Origin: Planktothrix sp. GU0601_MAG3
GTDB taxonomy: Bacteria > Cyanobacteriota > Cyanobacteriia > Cyanobacteriales > Microcoleaceae
Assembly (NCBI GenBank): GCA_035193785.1
Contig: CP136572.1
Coordinates: 2,036,578-2,100,577 of the forward strand
Direction of reading: 5' to 3'
DNA length: 64,000 bases
Position 1 is the stretch's first letter. Every line of letters starts with the position of its first letter. Made by a program: the position numbers and the translations under genes. The notes beneath the pieces were generated by a model, which saw only the letters and a program-made list of their open reading frames with translations, did no database searches and was not told where the DNA came from. This document shows, piece by piece, positions 35,479 to 45,567 of this stretch.

Positions 35479-37135
35479 ATGATTAACCCGTTAAAAACCC
35501 TATCGAATCGATTAAAAAATCTGCATCCATTCTCCCAAAAATTTCTCGCCCAATGGATTACTTTGTTCTGCTTTTGTTGTCTAATTCTGATTAGTTGTAC
35601 TCCCGACCAAAAAATCACATCTTCCCCAAATAATGGACGAATTGCCATAGGAACAACCTTAAAACTCCGCACCCTTGATCCAGCCGATGCCTATGAATTA
35701 ATTTCAGGAAATATCCTGTATAATTTAGGCGATCGCCTCTACGATTATGAACTAGGAACCAATCAACTGATCCCCAAATTAGCCACCGCCTTACCCACCC
35801 TGAGTGCCGATGGATTAACCTATACTATTCCATTAAGACAGGGGGTTTTGTTTCATGATCAAACCCCTTTTAATGCCGCGGCTATGGAGTTTTCTATTAA
35901 AAGATTTATTCAAAATGCCGGGTCTCCTTCCTCCTTATTAGCAGATACAATAGATACAGTTCAAGCAACAGGAGAATATGAATTAACCATTAAACTTAAA
36001 AAACCCTTTGCCGCCTTTCCTTCCCTATTAGCTTTTTCAGGAATTACGGCGGTTTCTCCCCAATTTTATGAAATTGGAGAAGGAAAATTTAAACCCAATG
36101 AATTTGTTGGAACGGGCCCTTATCAATTAAAATCCCTAGGAATTGATGTGATTCGCCTCGATGCTTTTGACCAATATTGGGGGGAAAAACCCGCCAATAG
36201 AGGCATCGATATTCAACGATTTTCAAGTTCCTCTAATTTATTTAATGCCTTTAGAAGTGGTGCAGTTGATCTGGCTTATTTATCCTTAAATCCCGATCAA
36301 ATTTCCAGTTTACAACAAGGAGCAGAAGCTGGGAAGTGGCAAATAATTTCTGCTAATGGAAATACTATTAACTATCTAGTGATTAATGTCAAATCTGAAC
36401 CTTTGAACCGGATAGAAGTTAGAAAAGCCCTCGCCGCTTTAATCAATCGTTCTATTATTAATGAACGAGTATTACAAAATCAAGGAGAAAAACTATTTAG
36501 CTTAATTCCTACAACCTTTAGCGATTATCAACCTACCTTTTATTTAAAATATGGTGATGGTAATATTGAAAAAGCCAAACAACTGTTAACCCAAGCTGGA
36601 TATACTCCAGAAAATCCGGCCATCGTTGAGCTTTGGTATGCGTCTAATTCCTCTAATAAAGGGTTTTTAGGATTAACCTTAAAAGCCTTAGCAGATAGGG
36701 ATTTAGGCGGTTTACTAAAATTACAACTCAATAGTGTAGAATCGACCACGGCCTTTAAATATTTAGAGGAGGGAATTTATCCCACTTTTGTCTTAGATTG
36801 GTATGCGGATTTTCTCGATGCGGATAACTATATTCAACCCTTTTTAGAATGTAGTCAAGGTTCGGTTGAAACTGGATGTGTCAAGGGTTCTAGTCAATAT
36901 CAGGGGTCTTTTTATTATAGCGATCGCATGAATCAATTAATTGCTCAACAGCGCCAAGAAACAAAACCCAGAAACTCGGAAATTAATCTTTCAGGAAATT
37001 CAAGAACTCCTCGCCGAAGATGTGCCTTATATTCCCCTTTGGCAAGATAAAACCTATGTTTTTGCTAAAAACGGAATTGACAATATTCGTTTACAATTAA
37101 CTCAACAATTGCCCTTTTGGACAATTAAAAAATAA
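35479..37135 (+). CDS. ABC transporter substrate-binding protein, family 5 (apparent frameshift at ~36958)
   Basis: Lipobox-like LISC; TLDPA, LRQGVLFHD, VGTGPY and EDVPYIPLW motifs. Confidence 0.9.
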
Positions 37136-37145
37136 ACCGAATCCG

Positions 37146-37577
37146 ATGAAAAAACTACTCCTATCCCTATCCGTTGCTAGTCTATCCATTCTGTCTATAA
37201 TTAACCCCTCCATGGCTTCCGATGCTCTCAGTGGAACCTCTTGGAAATTAATATCCTGGGGGAATGAAAAATCCACCCAAACGCCCCTAGATGAAACGGA
37301 AATCACCCTAGAATTTGAAAATAATCAAATTAGTGGTTCATCGAGTTGTAACCGTTATTTTGCCTCCTACACCCTCAAGGATGAACAATTAAAATTTGGT
37401 GTAGCCGGGAGAACTCAAATGGCCTGTCCCGAAGAAATTATGAAGCAAGAAGATCAATTTCTTTCAGCTTTAGAAAAAACTCGGACTTTTCAGATTAATT
37501 CCGAAGGTAAACTACAAATTGAATATCAAACAAATCAAGGATCTGGGGTAATGATATTTACCCCAAACCAACCGTAG
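37146..37577 (+). CDS. META-domain (HslJ-like) protein
   Basis: LSGTSWKL, SGSSSCNRYF and TQMAC motifs. Confidence 0.85.
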   Translation: MKKLLLSLSVASLSILSIINPSMASDALSGTSWKLISWGNEKSTQTPLDETEITLEFENNQISGSSSCNRYFASYTLKDEQLKFGVAGRTQMACPEEIMKQEDQFLSALEKTRTFQINSEGKLQIEYQTNQGSGVMIFTPNQP

Positions 37578-37624
37578 TAAGTCCTTTAGGACTCTCTATA
37601 TTTGAGTCCTTTAGGACTTACTAC
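37574..37624. repeat. 51-bp GTAG REP doublet, left flank of the nuclease-ParA cassette
   Basis: GTAGTAAGTCCTTTAGGACT-CTCTATATTTG-AGTCCTTTAGGACTTACTAC. Confidence 0.85.
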
Positions 37625-37636
37625 TTTTTATGAAAA

Positions 37637-38338
37637 TTAATCTTGAGATAGAATAGCAATTAGTTGAGCTTTCTTCATCTTTGAATATCCTTTAATATTT
37701 AGTTCTTTCGCAATTTTTTTGAGTTCAACTAAAGTCATAGCATCATATTTTAACTTTGTTATGAGTTTAGCAAGATTATCCGTTAAATTATTAACAGTAT
37801 TTTCAAGCTGTTGTAATCGATGATTCATCTGTGTATTTTCAGAAGATATCGTTTGAGATAACGCTTGAAATTTAGTGTTAATATCTTTCATCAATTCCCG
37901 CATTTGTTGTTTTAATTGTAATTCTAAAGGAGGTTGTTCTTGTCTGATCACTTCAGACGTTAGGGGTTGAATTGAACCCCCACCAAACAATTTTTCCATT
38001 TCAGTTTTCATGGTAATTGCTTGTTCATCTGTCAAATCAAAAACCCAAACCCAAAGACGTTCAATTTCTAATTCTTCAGCGACGATACACCAATCTGCAC
38101 CATAAACAATTTCATATTCTTTTTCATCATCATAAGCTTTAGTTCGTCGTACAACTAAAGACCCTAAATTACTTTGATGTTCCTTGAGTGTTTGTGCTAA
38201 AATTTCTCGTCTTTCTGGTAAAATTTCTATCATTTCTGCATTCGGTATAGCAATTTGAAACGTATGAATTTGACCATGAGTAATAGGTTGAATTCCTAAA
38301 TAAGATCCAATTTGAATCCGACGATCTGATAAACTCAT
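37637..38338 (-). CDS. Degenerate ParB-N-like domain + coiled coil + Rho_N-like helical domain
   Basis: LAQTL...LVVRR...YEIVYG pattern recalls ParBc; C-terminal MTLVELKKIAKELNIKGYSKMKKAQLI matches the Rho N-terminal signature. Confidence 0.65.
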   Translation of the reverse strand: MSLSDRRIQIGSYLGIQPITHGQIHTFQIAIPNAEMIEILPERREILAQTLKEHQSNLGSLVVRRTKAYDDEKEYEIVYGADWCIVAEELEIERLWVWVFDLTDEQAITMKTEMEKLFGGGSIQPLTSEVIRQEQPPLELQLKQQMRELMKDINTKFQALSQTISSENTQMNHRLQQLENTVNNLTDNLAKLITKLKYDAMTLVELKKIAKELNIKGYSKMKKAQLIAILSQD

Positions 38339-38343
38339 CGATT

Positions 38344-39840
38344 TTAACTCCCTTTTTTAGAAACTTTAACTAAGTGTTGAGCTAAGTCCAGATAACGTTC
38401 ACTGGCTTTTTGGGCGGCTTCCTTTTCTGGAAAGGTCAATTGATCATCAAATTCCGAGGAAAAAATTGGATATCCTTTATCGGGACAGTTAGAAACAATA
38501 TTCAGCCGAGGAACCCAAGTATGTTCAGGGAATAACTCAATATTGTCTTGTTCTCCCACTTTATCTAATATTTCAAAAATACGACTTCTCATCGACAGAT
38601 TAAAACTGGAGGAACGTTGATCATACATACTCACAACAATTCCTAAAATCGGTAAAGGTTCTTCTTTATATTCCCCAACTTTGCGTGCTTGATCAATGAC
38701 ATATTCTAAGGCTCTAACCGGATAAGGAGATAATTGTGTAGGAATTAGAATTCCTGAAGAAGCCATCAAGGAAATCCCATTCACTTTACTAAAAGAGGGA
38801 GGAGGATCAATTAAAACAAAATCATAATGATGATTTCTGAGTTTCTTGGCTAAAACTCTATCAATATCAACAATTCTAACCAAATCCGCTTCCATCTGAC
38901 TTAATCTAATATGAGACGGAACTAAATGCAACTTTAGATTCCCCCATTTTTTTTGAATGACTATATCCTCTAGTTTAACTCTTGGATCAATTAATAAATG
39001 GGTAATATCTTTTTTACCTTGATTTTCAATATCCTCTAAGGGGTCAATTCCTAAACCCATTGTTAAGTTAGCTTGAGCATCCATATCAATCAAAAGCACG
39101 TTATAACCTAAATGATTTAAGGCGGCTCCTAAATTAATCGTCATCGTGGTTTTACCCACTCCACCTTTATTATTAAACACCGTAATGATCATCGATTTAT
39201 TCTCCTGATTAGAATTAGCAATAAATTTTGATTCTGGCTGCTCCGAATTTTTTCCTGATGATTGAGGAGGTTCGTAATTAGGCTTTTTACGTTGCTTAAA
39301 TAATCCTAACATAGTTGGATTTTGGAATGAGTTGGAAATAGCGGTTAAAAACCGAGCATGAACTTTTTGTTGACTTCTATGTAACGCTTGACTAAATTTT
39401 AATCCTATTTCTTTACCCAATAATTTACGCACGAGTTGAAAATCTTGAATCAGTTGGGATTGAGAATATGTTAAAATTGTCTGGATATCCCCACTATAAT
39501 TATAGAGAATTCTAAACTCATAGCCATTGGTTAATAACCCCAAAATAGCTCCCGACTTTCTCATATAATCATGAATCTGCCAACTCGAATAAAAAATTTT
39601 TTTATGGGGTGCTTTAACTTCAATGATTAAATAGGGGGGATGAGGTGCAACTGCATCATGAGGATGAACACAAAAATCAACTCTAACTTTACGAATAACG
39701 GTTTGTTCCCGCCAGTCCTGAGCGTTATAGCCTAAAATATCCAATAGAGGGATAATAATATTTTGCTCAATATCCGATTCACTACTGGCGGGTGTAATTG
39801 ATGTAAACCCTTGAGAAAGCGTTGAATTTGTTAATAGCAT
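38344..39840 (-). CDS. Fusion of HsdR_N-like PD-(D/E)XK nuclease and ParA/Soj ATPase
   Basis: SESDIEQ..IPLL..LGY, RVDF, IIEVK, Q..DY and LTNG; then NNKGGVGKTT, LIDMDAQANLT and LIDPPPS. Confidence 0.85.
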   Translation of the reverse strand: MLLTNSTLSQGFTSITPASSESDIEQNIIIPLLDILGYNAQDWREQTVIRKVRVDFCVHPHDAVAPHPPYLIIEVKAPHKKIFYSSWQIHDYMRKSGAILGLLTNGYEFRILYNYSGDIQTILTYSQSQLIQDFQLVRKLLGKEIGLKFSQALHRSQQKVHARFLTAISNSFQNPTMLGLFKQRKKPNYEPPQSSGKNSEQPESKFIANSNQENKSMIITVFNNKGGVGKTTMTINLGAALNHLGYNVLLIDMDAQANLTMGLGIDPLEDIENQGKKDITHLLIDPRVKLEDIVIQKKWGNLKLHLVPSHIRLSQMEADLVRIVDIDRVLAKKLRNHHYDFVLIDPPPSFSKVNGISLMASSGILIPTQLSPYPVRALEYVIDQARKVGEYKEEPLPILGIVVSMYDQRSSSFNLSMRSRIFEILDKVGEQDNIELFPEHTWVPRLNIVSNCPDKGYPIFSSEFDDQLTFPEKEAAQKASERYLDLAQHLVKVSKKGS

Positions 39841-39972
39841 GAAGTGAACAGATGCACTTTTATCTCATCATATCTGCCTGATCAACAATTAACATCAGTG
39901 TAATTACTGATTTTCTGTAATTTTATTTGACTTAAAAATAAGAACAAAATACGGATGAATTAATTTAAAACT

Positions 39973-40080
39973 GTAGTGAGTCCTTGAGGACTCAAATATA
40001 GATAGTCCTAAAGGACTTACTACTAAAAAGTAGTGAGTCCTTCAAAAATCAAATATAGAGAGTCCTAAAGGACTCACTAC
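39973..40080. repeat. Two tandem 51-bp GTAG REP doublets (39973-40023, 40030-40080), inverted relative to 37574-37624
   Basis: The spacer CAAATATAGA(T/G)AG is the reverse complement of the left-copy spacer. Confidence 0.85.
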
Positions 40081-40089
40081 TAAGTCTAA

Positions 40090-41137
40090 TTACTGCTTGT
40101 ATTCACTGAAAGAAACATAAGCATTTTCAGCATCATATAAATGACACTGATCCACAATATGAGTCATTAAAGACCAGGAAAAATCACATTCAGGATAGAG
40201 ATATTCACCCCAATTATCTTGAATACTTTTATAGGCTTTCCGTAAATTGTAGGAAGGAATAGCCGTAGAAATATGGTGGGGAATGTGAACATTAATATCG
40301 TGACAGAAAAACTCAACCCAAGCTGGATAATTGCAGTGAACCGTTTCCCGATAATTGGGCTAGGGCTTCATTCCAATCTTCAGGTTCTTGAAACTTAATA
40401 TCTGGGGCAGTGTGGTGAACAATCGTGAAGGTACTCATCCAGAAATGGTATACTAACCAAGGCATTAACCAGAATTTAACAACGCCCCAAATTCCGATGG
40501 TAAAAATCATTGTAGGAAATGCGATCGCCGCACATCCAATCACAAATAAAGCAGAAAATTTTACCTGTTCCTCTCCTTTCCCTTCAAACTTGCGCCAATC
40601 AAAGTTAACAATTGCCCAATGCAAAATTGAACCTAACCACCACAGTCTGGCTCGGGTTAATTTATAAGCAATTTGTACGATTTTAGGAGACGCTTCATAA
40701 TTCTCAATTTTCCAGGGTTCCCAAGCATTATCTTCCGTCAGTTTATTGGTATGTTTATGATGATGATTATGTCCTAAACGCCAACCATGGAAGGGATAAA
40801 TTAAAGGAAGAAATGCCAGATGACCGACTAAATCATTGATCCAACGACGGTTAGAAAAAGAACGATGTCCACAGTCGTGACCAATGACGAAAAACCCCGT
40901 TAATGCTGTCCCGGTAAAAACCCAAGCCAAGGGTAAAAGAAACCAGGGAGAGTAAGCGATCGCAAAATAGCCCACAACCACCAGAAGAACATTAACAATA
41001 ACAGTCAGCCAAGCTTTTTTCTGATCCTTCAGAAAAACTTCCCGAGGGAGGCTTTTGACAATTTCTTTTAAACGTAAATCAGATGGAAAACTAGCAGAAG
41101 ATACTGAGGTTTGAGGTTGAACAGATGATAATGTCAT
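40090..41137 (-). CDS. desA: Delta-12 acyl-lipid desaturase (apparent frameshift at ~40343)
   Basis: His boxes HDCGH and HNHHH; corrected frame supplies HIPHH and ends EYKQ* at 40090. Confidence 0.9.
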
Positions 41138-41416
41138 AGAATCTTTTAAACTTTTAAATCCCTCAGCACTGGGGGCTAGGGTAATACTAGGATTGCGTGG
41201 TTTTATCTTCCCAATTTTTGGGTAGTCTGATCAATTACCTAATTTGACACGGGAAACTATACCTGCATGGGACAAACAGGCACTTTCCATTGCTCCATTT
41301 CAGTCCGACTCCGATGGTAACCGCCTCTAAACAGAGTCCATAAAAAGCTAGGGTATTTAGCGGTTTTTGCTAAACCCAGCTAGTGATGATCGGGGGAGTA
41401 GAACTTAGGGTACAAC

Positions 41417-41671
41417 TCAACAAGTCTTTGCGGGTGAGGTTGTTTCTTGGCGCTGTTGCTTGATGGTTTGCAATTCTAGGAGCAAGGTTTCAACTTCAGC
41501 GTGCAAATGCAGAAACTTCACTTGCTGATCGGCGTTGTACAGATTTTTCATCGTATCAATCGTCAGTGGCTTAGACATAACAGAACCGGAAGTCCGGCTT
41601 GAAGGGGCATCTAAGGTTTGAGTCCCAGATACGGTGGATGAACGGGTGGGCATCAGCAGTTGATTTGACAT
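41417..41671 (-). CDS. Small conserved hypothetical protein
   Basis: 84-aa ORF with a YNADQQVKFLHLHAEVETLL coiled-coil-like segment. Confidence 0.55.
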   Translation of the reverse strand: MSNQLLMPTRSSTVSGTQTLDAPSSRTSGSVMSKPLTIDTMKNLYNADQQVKFLHLHAEVETLLLELQTIKQQRQETTSPAKTC

Positions 41672-41932
41672 CTAAAAATGTTAGCTCAACAAATCTTAAC
41701 TATATTTTACCCTGAACGTTTACCCCTATGAAAAAAAATATCAAAATTGATTAGTTTTTTCACGGAATGTAAACGAGAAGGTAAACTAAATTAAGGAATA
41801 CACCCAACGGCTGATCCTGTCAACTGATAAAGTTTATGGATTCACACCGTTGAGAGCATTCCCAGATATCATAAATGTCTCTATTTGTCAATCCTTAACC
41901 GGATTATTTTTTGTTTATTAACTACTACCGAG

Positions 41933-43026
41933 ATGACGTTGACTTTGCCTACAACCCAGTCCTCATTAAAGTGCTGGCCCGGTCTGATTGAAGCCTACCG
42001 CAACTATTTACCTGTTTCTGAATCTACCCCCGTTATCACCCTACAAGAAGGCAACACGCCCCTGATTCCGGCCCCAACTATTTCCGAAATCATTGGCAAA
42101 CGGGTGCAGGTCTATGTGAAATATGACGGACTCAACCCCACAGGCAGTTTCAAAGACCGCGGCATGACCATGGCGATTTCCAAAGCCAAAGAGGAAGGCA
42201 GCAAAGCCGTCATCTGTGCCAGTATACCGGAAATACCTCCGCCGCGGCCGCAGCCTATGCCCGCCGGGCAGGGATGAAAGCCTTTGTTTTGATTCCCGAT
42301 GGTTATGTGGCCTTGGGGAAACTAGCCCAAGCGTTATTATATGGGGCGGAAGTCTTAGCGATTAAGGGAAATTTTGACAAGGCGCTCAATATTGTGCGAG
42401 AGATGGCCGAACATTACCCGATTACCTTAGTTAATTCTGTCAATCCCTATCGTTTAGAAGGCCAAAAAACCGCCGCCTTTGAGGTAGTGGACGCCCTGGG
42501 AGACGCCCCCGACTGGTTATGTATTCCGGTGGGCAATGCCGGGAATATTAGTGCCTATTGGATGGGATTTTGTCAATATCATGCCCTTGGCAAATGTTCC
42601 CGTTTACCCCAAATGATGGGATTTCAAGCGGCTGGAGCCGCACCGTTAGTATTTGGCCATCCGGTGGAAAACCCCGAAACCTTAGCCACGGCCATCCGCA
42701 TCGGAAATCCGGCCAGTTGGGATATTGCTGTTGCTGCTAAAGATGCCAGTCAAGGTAGTTTTAACGCCGTCACCGATGCTGAAATTCTCGACGCCTATAG
42801 GTTATTGGCTTCTGGGGAAGGAATTTTCTGTGAGCCCGCTAGTGCCGCGTCCGTTGCGGGATTATTGAAAGTGAAAGATCAGGTTCCAGAAGGAATTAAA
42901 ATTGTTTGTGTGTTAACCGGAAATGGGTTAAAAGATCCCGATACGGCGATTACCCACAGCAACAATAAATTCAAAGCTGGAATTGCACCAGAAATGGAAG
43001 CGGTGGCAACGGTCATGGGATTTTAA
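41933..43026 (+). CDS. thrC: Threonine synthase (apparent 2-nt insertion at ~42223)
   Basis: [23 protein letters not shown] and EPASAA motifs; CASTGNT is restored by changing AGTATACC to AGTACC. Confidence 0.93.
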
Positions 43027-43032
43027 TTTGTT

Positions 43033-43062
43033 AGTAGAGGCGTTGGATGCAGCGTCTCTACT
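43033..43062. repeat. GTAG-type palindrome / possible bidirectional terminator
   Basis: AGTAGAGGCGTTG-GATG-CAGCGTCTCTACT. Confidence 0.65.
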
Positions 43063-43113
43063 GAGTTTTTAAGGGTATTTTCGGTTAAGTATTCCAGCAT
43101 TTATTGGGACTGT

Positions 43114-43563
43114 TCAAAGATGACTAGGATCAATAACTTTAATTTGGGAACACCAAGAAAAATCCTTGACATTAAAAGTGTAAATACTGGTGACTTGATG
43201 AGATAACATAATGGCAATATGAAGTAAGTCAAAAATCCCTCCATTGGTCACAGGTTGTTCTTCCAATAACCTCATCCAACCTTCAAAAAGATCGAAAGGA
43301 GTTGAGAGCAAGCAGACATGAGGCATTTGACAAATTCGTTGAATACGCTTAGTCGCTTCTCTTGGCTCTAAAGGTTTTGCTAAGATAGCAGGATTGGTAA
43401 TATAGGAATAAAATTCTGCTAAAACTTGTGATGAAACGCAGAGAATTTCTGTTTCACAGGGTCGAAATATTTCTAATGCAGTCTTGTGTTGAGGTGCTTT
43501 GGTATTAGCAACATAAGCGAGAATGTTGGTATCAAGATAAATTCGTTTAGATTCTGTTACCAT
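43114..43563 (-). CDS. PIN-domain (VapC-like) toxin
   Basis: IYLDTNIL, VLAEFY, FDLLHIA and IYTFNVKDF PIN motifs. Confidence 0.88.
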   Translation of the reverse strand: MVTESKRIYLDTNILAYVANTKAPQHKTALEIFRPCETEILCVSSQVLAEFYSYITNPAILAKPLEPREATKRIQRICQMPHVCLLSTPFDLFEGWMRLLEEQPVTNGGIFDLLHIAIMLSHQVTSIYTFNVKDFSWCSQIKVIDPSHL

Positions 43564-43753
43564 AAAGCAGACTCCGATTAAATGGCTGAAGGATTTCACT
43601 TTCAAAAAACAACGGAGTTGGATCAAATTCTGATAGTTGGTCTTCTGTCAATGGGTTTTGCTGTTTATTAATAGCTCTGAATGTGTCTATGATTACATAA
43701 ATCTGCTCGATTTGTTCAGAAGTTAAGCCAGTAACATCAAGAGTTTTAGTCAT
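43547..43753 (-). CDS. Putative antitoxin
   Basis: 68-aa ORF upstream of and overlapping the PIN gene; LDVTGL...FNRSLLY. Confidence 0.7.
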   Translation of the reverse strand: MTKTLDVTGLTSEQIEQIYVIIDTFRAINKQQNPLTEDQLSEFDPTPLFFESEILQPFNRSLLYGNRI

Positions 43754-43821
43754 ACTAGGTTACGATTAGAGTTTGCTAATATTATAACTGAATTAGAACT
43801 TCAACTGTCTAAAATACTGCG

Positions 43822-44739
43822 TTAGGGTTTTGCTAAGGGAATTGAACATTGAGTCCGATTAAAATTAGAATCTTCTCCCTCAGAAGGAATCGCTAAAATT
43901 TCTAAACGACCATTCATTAAACTCAATAAAGTTTGATTCATTAATAGCCGCATTCCTGGGGATAAAGTTCCTGGCTCAAACGGCGGTTGATCAATATCTA
44001 ATGTGGATTTTAATAAATCCCAAGATTCACTCCAAGCACTAATAGGACGTTGATCATCGACCCAAATATGCACAAATCCTGTTTCGGGAGAAGAATGGGC
44101 AGAAACATTCACACTTCCCTCAGTCATTTGAGCAATTGCTGTATCTACTAAACTCAATAAAACTTGTCGCAGTCGAGGTAAATCTGCCATAACATAAATA
44201 TCTTGATCAGCAGGTTCAATTTTTAATCTAATACTACGATTTGCCGCCTGCATACAAGTTAAATCTTCTACCTCATCCATGATTTTTGCTAACTGAATGG
44301 CATGAATATCCATGGTGTCTGTGCCATATTCTGTTTTAGCTACAAAAATCACTTGATCTAATAATTTCACCATTTTTAACGCCGATGTGTGGGCGAGATT
44401 GATAAATTCTCGCTCCTCCTCTGGGTTTTCGCACAGATCGGAGATAATTAGTTGTAACGTTCCAATCATGCTACTAAGGGGCGATCTCAACTCATGGGAC
44501 GTCCGCGCCAAAAATCCCGCCTTAAATAAACTCATCTCCGCCGCCGCATGATAGGCGAGTTGAGTTTGTTTCAATTGATAAGACAGGGTTTGCACCTGCT
44601 GTTGATAATCAACCTCTTTGGAGGTGTTTTCTGTCCCAACCGGGTCGGGGGATTTTGTTCCTTTTCCCCGCCATAGCTGATGTAGGCTAACCCCTAACCC
44701 TAACCCAAAACCGAAATATAAAAATTCGCTCCAACCCAT
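43822..44739 (-). CDS. Histidine kinase-like protein with degenerate ATPase domain
   Basis: N-terminal TM and [12 protein letters not shown]-box; N-box and G-boxes altered. Confidence 0.75.
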   Translation of the reverse strand: MGWSEFLYFGFGLGLGVSLHQLWRGKGTKSPDPVGTENTSKEVDYQQQVQTLSYQLKQTQLAYHAAAEMSLFKAGFLARTSHELRSPLSSMIGTLQLIISDLCENPEEEREFINLAHTSALKMVKLLDQVIFVAKTEYGTDTMDIHAIQLAKIMDEVEDLTCMQAANRSIRLKIEPADQDIYVMADLPRLRQVLLSLVDTAIAQMTEGSVNVSAHSSPETGFVHIWVDDQRPISAWSESWDLLKSTLDIDQPPFEPGTLSPGMRLLMNQTLLSLMNGRLEILAIPSEGEDSNFNRTQCSIPLAKP

Positions 44740-44950
44740 TTCAGTTATCAGTAATCAGTTATCAGTTATCAGTGTAGGAGTTGATCAGTTATTGGTCAAC
44801 AGTAAACAGTTATCAGTGTAAGAGTTGAACAACAGTTTGTAAGCTCGAAGTTTATCAACAGATTGGTATTAATTATTAACTGATAACTATGAATTATTGA
44901 CTGATAACTATTAACTGTTAACTGTTGACTGATAACTGATAACTGATTAC
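44740..44950. repeat. STRR-like TTATCAG / CTGATAA heptamer arrays in inverted arrangement
   Basis: Read directly; the array runs into the tsaC 3' end. Confidence 0.8.
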
Positions 44951-45532
44951 TGAATTCCCCTGTCGTAAGATTGTCCATTGACCATTGCTTTCCCATTTTG
45001 CCACCGTTGAAGGGAGGGTGGATGGGGGGATCTCTGGATCAAATTCCGAGGAAAATAACGTGAAAACATCGGGAAATTGACAACTAATTTCAGCCATCGT
45101 TAATAGGGGCGGTTGTCCTGATAAATTCGCGCTGGTGGTTGCCATCGGGCCAGTGCGGGCTAAAATATACTGGGCGATCGCACAATTAGGAACCCTTACC
45201 CCAATTGTAGACGGATCAGCCGGATTCATTGCCGGAGGAACTTGGTCAGAAGCGGGCAATACCAAAGTTAGGGCCCCGGGCCAATATTCGTCAGCCGTCC
45301 TTTGCCAAACGGATAATTCTTCCACCCTCCCCTCCACATAGGGCCATAATGCCTCCGGTGTGGCGGCCATTAAGATTAATGGTTTATCTGGACTACGTTG
45401 TTTGGTCTGAAAAATTAATTCTGCCCGATCAGGACGGGTAGCTAAAGCGGGTACAGTATCCGTCGGGAAACTAACCACCCCCTCACCAGAAATTGCCAGA
45501 TCAATTAGAGCATCAATAGAGACTTGAACCAT
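44918..45532 (-). CDS. tsaC: Threonylcarbamoyl-AMP synthase (Sua5/YrdC family)
   Basis: FPTDTV, KQRSPDKPL, WPGALT, TSANLSG and PSTV motifs. Confidence 0.85.
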   Translation of the reverse strand: MVQVSIDALIDLAISGEGVVSFPTDTVPALATRPDRAELIFQTKQRSPDKPLILMAATPEALWPYVEGRVEELSVWQRTADEYWPGALTLVLPASDQVPPAMNPADPSTIGVRVPNCAIAQYILARTGPMATTSANLSGQPPLLTMAEISCQFPDVFTLFSSEFDPEIPPSTLPSTVAKWESNGQWTILRQGNSVISYQLSVNS

Positions 45533-45567
45533 AATGTTAACCCAAAAACTTGAGATGCAATCAAGAG

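Noticed and set aside
38344..39840. ParA fusion as evidence of an integrated plasmid or prophage
   Set aside because: No replication, integrase, transfer or phage genes nearby; the flanks are core chromosomal genes.
37574..40080. AGTCCT palindromic repeats as a CRISPR array
   Set aside because: Only three units, constant 11-nt internal spacers rather than unique 30-40-nt spacers, and no cas genes.
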